This document shows, one piece after another, positions 57,709 to 64,000 of a stretch of DNA of 64,000 bases; positions within the stretch are counted from its first letter, which is position 1, and each line of letters begins with the position of its first letter. The stretch is taken from NCBI GenBank assembly GCA_963764165.1, contig CAVXRD010000002.1, positions 640,001 to 704,000 on the forward strand. The letters run 5' to 3'. This DNA is from an uncultured Verrucomicrobiae bacterium. GTDB taxonomy: Bacteria > Verrucomicrobiota > Verrucomicrobiia > Limisphaerales > Palsa-1400. The notes beneath the pieces are model-generated. The model had not been told where the DNA came from, did no database searches, and saw only the letters and a program-made list of their open reading frames with translations. The position numbers and the translations under genes are program-made.

Positions 57709-58079
57709 ACAACACTCCCGCCATTGCAAACACTTTGCCGGACATGGGCGCTTCGCTCGTTCGAGTGATGGGCGCCTTTGCCGTTGTCATCGCCATTTTC
57801 CTGGCGGGTGTGTGGCTGTTCAAAAATTGGCAGCGAGTTGGCATGCGCCGCGGGACTGCCCCCAAGCTAAACATTCTCGAAGTTCGCTCGCTCGGGCAGC
57901 GGCAGGCCATTTACGTCGTCGCCTACGAGCAGCAAAGGATGCTGCTGGCTTCATCGAGCGCAGGCGTCACTTTGGTGAGCCATCTTCCCTCCGCGGAGGC
58001 GGATGGCCCGCAAGCGGAGTCATCTCCAAAAATCAGTTTTGCCGAAGCCTTTCAGCAGGTGCTCGCGAGGAAATCATGA
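57705..58079 (+). CDS. fliO: Flagellar biosynthesis protein
   Basis: TM then LEVRSLGQRQAIYVV; between fliN and fliP. Confidence 0.82.
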   Translation: MNNTPAIANTLPDMGASLVRVMGAFAVVIAIFLAGVWLFKNWQRVGMRRGTAPKLNILEVRSLGQRQAIYVVAYEQQRMLLASSSAGVTLVSHLPSAEADGPQAESSPKISFAEAFQQVLARKS

Positions 58080-59152
58080 ACTTCCTCCGCTGCAGCCATG
58101 ACCCGATTCTCAAAAACCCGCTCCGCAAATCTGATCGCGCGGTAGGGCGAGGCTCCCGCCGAGCCATTCCCCGCGAAGATGGTTCGGCGGGAGGCCCCAA
58201 CCAACGAATTGGTGAGAAGTTCCGACGAACAAATTTCGCCCTTGGTGGCAGGGACGCCTCGCCGAGGCGTCCGGTTGCGCGGGAAAGTTTTTGTGGGCCG
58301 CACCGTTCAACAACGCCTCACCCCGGACGCCTCGGCGAGGCGTCCCTACCTTTACAAGACAGTTCGTTGGCAGCCTCGCCCTGCCGTGCGCCCGGTTGGA
58401 TAACGGTTCTGAAGGCAGTCGTTGTTTTATTTCTGATCTTCGCCAGCGCGCCAGCCGTCCACGCGCAAACGAACAATGCCGGATTGAATCTTAACATCGG
58501 TGTCGGCGGGTTGAATCAACCTGTCGACGTTGACAGCGCGGTCAAGGTCCTGGTCGTCATGACGCTCCTGACGCTGGCGCCGTCCATCATTCTGTTGATG
58601 ACGTGCTTTACGCGAATCGTCATTGTGCTGTCGTTCGTCCGCTCCGCGCTTTCGCTGCAAGGCTCGCCTTCCAACCAGATTCTCGTCGGCCTTTCCTTGT
58701 TCTTGACGTTCTTCATCATGGCCCCCGTCTGGGAGCGAATCGACCGCGAGGCGCTTGAGCCTTATCGCGCCCACGAAATTTCCAGCGAAGTGGCGATGGA
58801 TCGCGCCGCTGTTCCCATTCGCACCTTCATGCTGAAGCAGGCCCGTCCGAAGGATGTGGAATTGTTCGCCGTGCTGGCTCGCATCGGACCCACTGCGCCC
58901 GACAAATTGCCGCTGAAGGTGGTGATTCCGGGATTTATCATCAGCGAATTGCGGACGGCTTTCCAGATGGGATTTCTTTTGTTCCTGCCTTTCATGCTGA
59001 TCGACATCATCGTCGCCACCGTGTTGATGAGCATGGGCATGATGATGATGCCGCCCATGACCATTTCACTGCCCTTGAAGATCCTGCTTTTTGTGCTGGT
59101 GGACGGCTGGCACCTCGTCGTCAGTTCGATCATCCAAAGTTTTGCCACTTGA
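58076..59152 (+). CDS. fliP: Flagellar export gate protein with REP-derived N-terminal extension
   Basis: MTCFTRIVIVLS, PSNQIL, SELRTAFQMGF, MGMMMMPP, LFVLVDGW; ATG 58076 overlaps the fliO stop; start uncertain. Confidence 0.92.
   Translation: MNFLRCSHDPILKNPLRKSDRAVGRGSRRAIPREDGSAGGPNQRIGEKFRRTNFALGGRDASPRRPVARESFCGPHRSTTPHPGRLGEASLPLQDSSLAASPCRAPGWITVLKAVVVLFLIFASAPAVHAQTNNAGLNLNIGVGGLNQPVDVDSAVKVLVVMTLLTLAPSIILLMTCFTRIVIVLSFVRSALSLQGSPSNQILVGLSLFLTFFIMAPVWERIDREALEPYRAHEISSEVAMDRAAVPIRTFMLKQARPKDVELFAVLARIGPTAPDKLPLKVVIPGFIISELRTAFQMGFLLFLPFMLIDIIVATVLMSMGMMMMPPMTISLPLKILLFVLVDGWHLVVSSIIQSFAT
58141..58202. repeat. Degenerate REP doublet (GTAG family B) inside the fliP 5' region
   Basis: ggtagggcgaggctcccgccgagcc ... 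ggttcggcgggaggccccaacc. Confidence 0.75.
58247..58350. repeat. REP doublet (GTAG family A) inside the fliP 5' region
   Basis: Arms identical to those at 37152-37253, including inner aacgcctcacccc. Confidence 0.9.
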
Positions 59153-59163
59153 TTTAATCCATT

Positions 59164-59433
59164 ATGAACGCCGCCCAAGCCGCTGATCTCTTGAAAATGC
59201 TCATCACCACCGCCGTGACACTGGCGGCGCCTGTGCTCTTGACAGCGATGATCATCGGGCTGGCGGTCAGCCTTTTTCAATCCGTCACCTCGATTCAGGA
59301 GCAAACGCTGACCTTCGTGCCCAAGGCGCTGGCCATCGTCGCCCTGCTGGTGCTTTTGCTGCCCTGGATTCTGCGGACGCTGGTGGAATTCACATCCGCG
59401 ATGATTCAGAAGATGCCGCAAATGGTGCAATGA
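59164..59433 (+). CDS. fliQ: Flagellar export gate protein
   Basis: SLFQSVTSIQEQTLTFVPK. Confidence 0.95.
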   Translation: MNAAQAADLLKMLITTAVTLAAPVLLTAMIIGLAVSLFQSVTSIQEQTLTFVPKALAIVALLVLLLPWILRTLVEFTSAMIQKMPQMVQ

Positions 59434-59442
59434 CGGCTGCCC

Positions 59443-60201
59443 ATGAACGATTTCACCACCTGGCTGATGGTATTCCTGCGGGCCAGTTCAATGCTGGCGG
59501 TTTTCCCTGTTTTTTCGGCCCGTAATTTTCCCGTCCAATTGCGGCTCGCTCTGGGCGCCCTGCTGTCGTGGATGGTGGCCGCAACGCTGCCGGCGAATTC
59601 GGCTCACATCACTGATTTTCTGGGATTGACCGGACAGATGGCGGTCGAAATCGGAGCGGGGCTGATGATTGGCTTCACATGCCAGTTCGTTTTTTTCATG
59701 CTGGAAATTGCGGGCAGCATCATCAGCACGGAGATCGGCCTTTCCATGCCGCCCGGAATGAATCCGATGGCCGATACCGCCATGCCCACCACCTCCACCA
59801 TTCTCTACTATCTGGCCATCATCCTATGGTTGACAATGGACATGCATCATTGGATGCTGATGGGCTTCAGCAAGACGTATGCGTACCTTCCCATTGGCAT
59901 GGCGCATATCACGCCTGCGCTCGCCAGCGACATTATTGCGCGAACGAGTGGGATGTTTTCCGTTGCGTTGCAAATGGCCGCGCCGATGCTGGCGGTTTCA
60001 TTTATAATTTCGCTGGTTTTCTCAGTGCTTGGCCGGGCGGTTCCGCAGATGAACGTTTTCTCCGAAAGTTTCGCGGTGCGTCCGCTGGCGGGTTTGACGG
60101 TGTTTGGTTTGACGCTCGAATTGATGGCGCAGCACATCATGAATTATCTGCATCGGCTGCCGGAGGACATGCTGCGCGTCGCGCAGTTGCTGCACGGCTA
60201 G
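59443..60201 (+). CDS. fliR: Flagellar export gate protein
   Basis: Multi-TM; AGSIISTEIGL, RAVPQMNVF. Confidence 0.93.
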   Translation: MNDFTTWLMVFLRASSMLAVFPVFSARNFPVQLRLALGALLSWMVAATLPANSAHITDFLGLTGQMAVEIGAGLMIGFTCQFVFFMLEIAGSIISTEIGLSMPPGMNPMADTAMPTTSTILYYLAIILWLTMDMHHWMLMGFSKTYAYLPIGMAHITPALASDIIARTSGMFSVALQMAAPMLAVSFIISLVFSVLGRAVPQMNVFSESFAVRPLAGLTVFGLTLELMAQHIMNYLHRLPEDMLRVAQLLHG

Positions 60202-60211
60202 CCCGCCCGCC

Positions 60212-61294
60212 ATGAGCGATTCAGCAGGAGATAAAACAGAGAAACCGACAGGCAAACGCCTGGAGGAAGCGATCACCAAAGGCCAGATTGCCCGCAGCCC
60301 GGAAGTGCAAACGGTATTTGTGCTCGGCGCCGCCATGATGGCGCTGAGCTGGACCGGCCGCGAAATGTGGCGCACGATGAGCCTTTCAGTCAGGTCCTCG
60401 CTCGGACACCTGCACGACACCGACGTGACGCTGGACGCGATGCAGGGCCACGCCATCACCGGCGCGTTGACGCTGGGCCATTGCGTCTGGCCCGTGATGC
60501 TCGCCACGGTTGTTGGCGGCATTCTGGCTGGAGGCATCCAGACCCGCTTTCGCGCCACGCCGGAAGCCATTAACTTTAGCTTCGACAAATTGAACCCGGT
60601 GCAAGGGTTCAAGCGCATATTCTCGACCCGCGCAGGCGTGGCCACCGGATTGGGAGTGCTGAAGCTCTCGGTCATCGTCGCGCTCTGCTACAGCGTCATC
60701 CAAAGCATCCTGAACGACCCGATTTTTTTCACATCCATCAATGTGGAAAGGATTGCCGCGTTCATGGCAGATTCTTCCTTCAAAATCGTCACCCGGGTCG
60801 GCTTCGCGCTCTTTGTGCTGGCAGGAGCGGATTATGGTTATCGTTATTGGCAGCAAGGCGAAGATCTCAAAATGACCAAACAGGAGGTCAAGGACGAAGC
60901 CAAAAGCTCCGAAGGCGATCCGACGATGAAAGGGCGCATCCGCCGTCGCCGAATGACGATGAGCAAACGCAAGATGCTTGCGCAAGTGCCTAAGGCTGAC
61001 GTCATTGTGACGAATCCAACCCACATCGCCATTGCTCTTCGCTATGATCGAAAAACCATGAAAGCGCCGAAGATCGTGGCGAAGGGAATTCGTTTCAACG
61101 CACTGCAAATTCGCCAGATCGCGGCCGAGCACCAGGTGCCGATTGTTGAAAACAAGCCTCTGGCCCGCTTGATGTTCAAATACGGCAAGGTCGATGGCGA
61201 GATTCCTGCTCAGTTATATGCCGCCGTGGCTGAGATATTGGCCTGGGTGTATCGCGTCAATGCCTACCGGTATTACCGCGAACAAAATATGTAA
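60212..61294 (+). CDS. flhB: Flagellar export switch protein
   Basis: KTEKPT, KMTKQEVKDE..EGDP, NPTH cleavage motif. Confidence 0.96.
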   Translation: MSDSAGDKTEKPTGKRLEEAITKGQIARSPEVQTVFVLGAAMMALSWTGREMWRTMSLSVRSSLGHLHDTDVTLDAMQGHAITGALTLGHCVWPVMLATVVGGILAGGIQTRFRATPEAINFSFDKLNPVQGFKRIFSTRAGVATGLGVLKLSVIVALCYSVIQSILNDPIFFTSINVERIAAFMADSSFKIVTRVGFALFVLAGADYGYRYWQQGEDLKMTKQEVKDEAKSSEGDPTMKGRIRRRRMTMSKRKMLAQVPKADVIVTNPTHIAIALRYDRKTMKAPKIVAKGIRFNALQIRQIAAEHQVPIVENKPLARLMFKYGKVDGEIPAQLYAAVAEILAWVYRVNAYRYYREQNM

Positions 61295-61301
61295 CTGAGT
61301 T

Positions 61302-63410
61302 ATGGCAGTGGCAAAAGTCAAAACGCCGAACGCGAGCATGGCGCGCCTTCTTAAGAACGGCGACCTCCTGCTCATTGGCGGCATGTTCGGCACGGTGATG
61401 CTGATGATCCTTCCGGTTCATCCGCTGTTGCTGGACGGTTTTCTCGCGATCAGCATCGCGCTTTCCCTTTTGATCCTGCTGGCGATCCTTTACGTGAAGG
61501 AGCCGGCGGAATTCACTGGCTTCCCCACCCTGCTCCTTTTCGTCACGCTTTACCGGCTTTCGCTCAACGTGGCCTCGACGCGCCTCATTCTTCTTGACGG
61601 TTATGCAGGGCACATTATCGAGACTTTTGGGAATTATGTGGTGCATGGGAATTATGTCGTCGGACTGGTGATTTTCCTCATTTTGGTGTTGATCAATTTC
61701 ATCGTCATCACCAAGGGCGCGGGGCGCATCGCTGAAGTCGCGGCACGCTTCACCTTGGACGCTATGCCTGGCAAACAGATGGCCATCGACGCGGAGTTGA
61801 ACGCAGGCATCATCAAGGAGGACGAAGCTCGCACCCGCAGGCGCGCGGTCGAGCAGGAAGCGGATTTTTACGGCGCAATGGACGGCGCGAGCAAATTCGT
61901 CCGCGGCGACGCCATTGCTGCCATTCTGATCACGCTCATCAACGTGCTCGGCGGCTTCGCCATTGGCATCATGCAAAAAGGGATGACAGTGAACGAAGCC
62001 TTGCAACGCTTCACGTTGCTCTCCATCGGTGACGGCTTGGTCTCGCAAATCCCGGCGCTCATCACTTCGACGGCGGCGGGCATTCTCGTGACACGCGCCG
62101 CCGCCAAAGAGGAACTCGGCAGCGAACTGACCAAACAGCTTCTCTCATATCCCAAAGTCATGACGCTCCTGACCGTCATGCTCGTGATATTTGCGATCAT
62201 CCCGGGTTTGCCAATGATTCCGTTTCTCGTCCTGGCGAGCATCACCGGCTTTCTTGCCTACAGCATGAAAAATGATTCCATGGCGCCGAGACCGCTGGCC
62301 CCGGGTGCCCTTGCCAATCAACCGGCGGGGACGGCTCCGGCTCGCGCCAATGCTTCCGCCACTCCGGAAAAACTGGAAACGCTCCTCAATCTTGACGCGC
62401 TGCAAATCGAACTTGGCTACGGCCTCATCAATCTGGCCGATGCGCGCAAAGGCGGTGATTTGCTGGAGCGCGTCACCGGCGTGCGAAAGACGTTCGCGCA
62501 GGAAATGGGTGTGATTATCCCGCCGATTCGTTTGCGCGATAATTTGCAATTGGAAGCAAACCGCTACCGATTCCTGTTGAAAGGCAACGCAATTGTGGAA
62601 GGGGAATTGATGCCAGGCCATTGGCTGGCGATGAACGCCTCCAACAGCAAAGTCGTGCTCAAGGGCATGCCAACGGTGGAGCCGGTCTTCAAATTGCCCG
62701 CCACCTGGATCACCGAAACCGAGCGCAAAAACGCCGAAGTCGCCGGTTACACGGTGGTGGACGCGCCATCCGTTTTGGTCACGCATTTGTCAGAAGTAGT
62801 CAAGCGCAACTGCCACGAAATCCTCAGCCGCCAGGATGTTCAAAACCTCCTCGATAATCTCAAGACAACGCATCCGACAGTTGTATCCGAATTGATTCCC
62901 AGCCAGCTCAACGTCGGCCAGGTCCAACGCATTCTGCAGAACTTGCTGGCCGAGGGCGTGGCGATTCGGAATCTCGCGGGAATTTTGGAAAAGGTCAGCG
63001 ATTATACGAACACGACCAAGAATCCCGATGAGCTTTCAGAACACGCCCGGCGCGCGCTCGGCTCGCAAATCGTAAAGCCGTACCAATCCGAAAAAGGCGG
63101 CCTGCAAGCTATCACGCTCGATCCCCGCCTCGAACAGCAAATCGCCCAAGGCGTCCGCCAGACGCCGAACGAAATATCGTTGACAATGGAGCCGAGGCTG
63201 GCGCGGCACGTGGTGGACTCGCTCTCGCAGAAATTGCAGCACATTCTCAGCGCGGGCCAGGCGCCGGTTATCTTGTGCGCGCCGCAAATCCGGCTTGCCT
63301 TCCGCCGTTTTTTCGAAACGACATTTTCTGAATTAACAGTGCTTGCTTACACGGAGATCCCTTCGCGGGTTGAGGTGCAAAGCAGCGGCACGATACCTTG
63401 CTTGGAATAA
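61302..63410 (+). CDS. flhA: Flagellar export gate protein
   Basis: RIAEVAARFTLDAMPGKQMAIDAELNAG, FYGAMDGASKFVRGD, GDGLVSQIPAL. Confidence 0.96.
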   Translation: MAVAKVKTPNASMARLLKNGDLLLIGGMFGTVMLMILPVHPLLLDGFLAISIALSLLILLAILYVKEPAEFTGFPTLLLFVTLYRLSLNVASTRLILLDGYAGHIIETFGNYVVHGNYVVGLVIFLILVLINFIVITKGAGRIAEVAARFTLDAMPGKQMAIDAELNAGIIKEDEARTRRRAVEQEADFYGAMDGASKFVRGDAIAAILITLINVLGGFAIGIMQKGMTVNEALQRFTLLSIGDGLVSQIPALITSTAAGILVTRAAAKEELGSELTKQLLSYPKVMTLLTVMLVIFAIIPGLPMIPFLVLASITGFLAYSMKNDSMAPRPLAPGALANQPAGTAPARANASATPEKLETLLNLDALQIELGYGLINLADARKGGDLLERVTGVRKTFAQEMGVIIPPIRLRDNLQLEANRYRFLLKGNAIVEGELMPGHWLAMNASNSKVVLKGMPTVEPVFKLPATWITETERKNAEVAGYTVVDAPSVLVTHLSEVVKRNCHEILSRQDVQNLLDNLKTTHPTVVSELIPSQLNVGQVQRILQNLLAEGVAIRNLAGILEKVSDYTNTTKNPDELSEHARRALGSQIVKPYQSEKGGLQAITLDPRLEQQIAQGVRQTPNEISLTMEPRLARHVVDSLSQKLQHILSAGQAPVILCAPQIRLAFRRFFETTFSELTVLAYTEIPSRVEVQSSGTIPCLE

Positions 63411-63411
63411 A

Positions 63412-64000
63412 ATGAGCCAGCCCATGACGGAACCCATTCCCTTCATAGCATCCACGCCGGAAGATGCGGCGGCGCAAATTCGCGCGAAGCTCGGGCCGGA
63501 CGCCGTCGTGCAGAATGTCCGCCCCATCAAGGCGCAGGGACTCTCGCGCCTGTGGCAGAAGCCGATGATCGAAGTGATGGCCTCCCGGCCGGAGATGCCT
63601 CCCCTTCCTCCTGCGCCCGCTCCACAGTCCCCGGCGGTCGAGAAAACGATTGCCAGTTTTCGCCAGGAGCTGGAGGAAATCCGCCAGCAAGTCGATTTGA
63701 ACAACAGCGGCTGGCGCGTGGCCGGCCTATTGCAAAAAACAGGGCTGCTCCCGTTGCATACCCAGCGCGTGCTTGACGCCATTAAAACAGTTCACGGTGA
63801 AATGCCGCCAGCCACACTGACCGAAGAAATTGATTTCGCGCGCAGTGAATTGTCGAAGAGCTGGCGCGCGCCGATGCGGATTGGGCCACATTCCACCCAC
63901 GTGCTGGTGGGGCCTTCGGGTTCCGGGAAATCGACCGTCTTGTGCAAATGGCTTACGCAATGCGTCCTCTTGGAAGGCCGCATGGCGCGCCTTTGGCGGC
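63412..64000 (+). CDS. flhF: SRP-family GTPase FlhF (partial, runs off the right edge)
   Basis: Not in the ORF track. MSQPMTEPIPF..AQIRAKLGPDAVV..; P-loop LVGPSGSGKST; follows flhA. Confidence 0.85.
   Translation, partial: MSQPMTEPIPFIASTPEDAAAQIRAKLGPDAVVQNVRPIKAQGLSRLWQKPMIEVMASRPEMPPLPPAPAPQSPAVEKTIASFRQELEEIRQQVDLNNSGWRVAGLLQKTGLLPLHTQRVLDAIKTVHGEMPPATLTEEIDFARSELSKSWRAPMRIGPHSTHVLVGPSGSGKSTVLCKWLTQCVLLEGRMARLWR

Noticed and set aside
46498..63410. Non-flagellar type III secretion system
   Set aside because: FlgB, FlgC, FliE, FlgD, FlgE, FliL and FlhF are flagellum-specific

Overview
A GC-rich bacterial chromosome segment, most consistent with Verrucomicrobiota subdivision 3 (Pedosphaera/Limisphaera-like). 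This assignment is inferred from the PEP-CTERM array, the 'RFYR' C-terminal domains, the His6-type HisA and the GTAG-type REPs. From left to right: a TPR-sulfotransferase; a membrane/spermidine-synthase-like fusion gene bracketed by a 116-bp direct repeat; five tandem paralogous PEP-CTERM genes (one interrupted by an in-frame TAG, four lying behind an intrinsic terminator); housekeeping genes (Zn-ADH, S10 peptidase, hisA, proC, moaA, rnhB, pgl, tyrS, purM); two toxin-antitoxin loci (one deletion-inactivated); an SPFH/Arc pair; a 2,100-aa secreted beta-propeller/PA14/diheme-cytochrome protein with a frameshifted stand-alone paralog; an ABC/TPR cassette; an ECF sigma/anti-sigma pair; a UbiA-DprE1-DprE2-like arabinofuranose-donor operon; and a sigma-54-type flagellar operon from flgB to a partial flhF. 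Non-coding signals include REP doublets (two in frame inside the 5' part of fliP), several periodic inverted-repeat elements, and a second sigma-54-like promoter hidden inside fliK. I recognised no rRNA, tRNA, CRISPR array, transposase or integrase. All product calls come from motif recognition by eye, not database searches.
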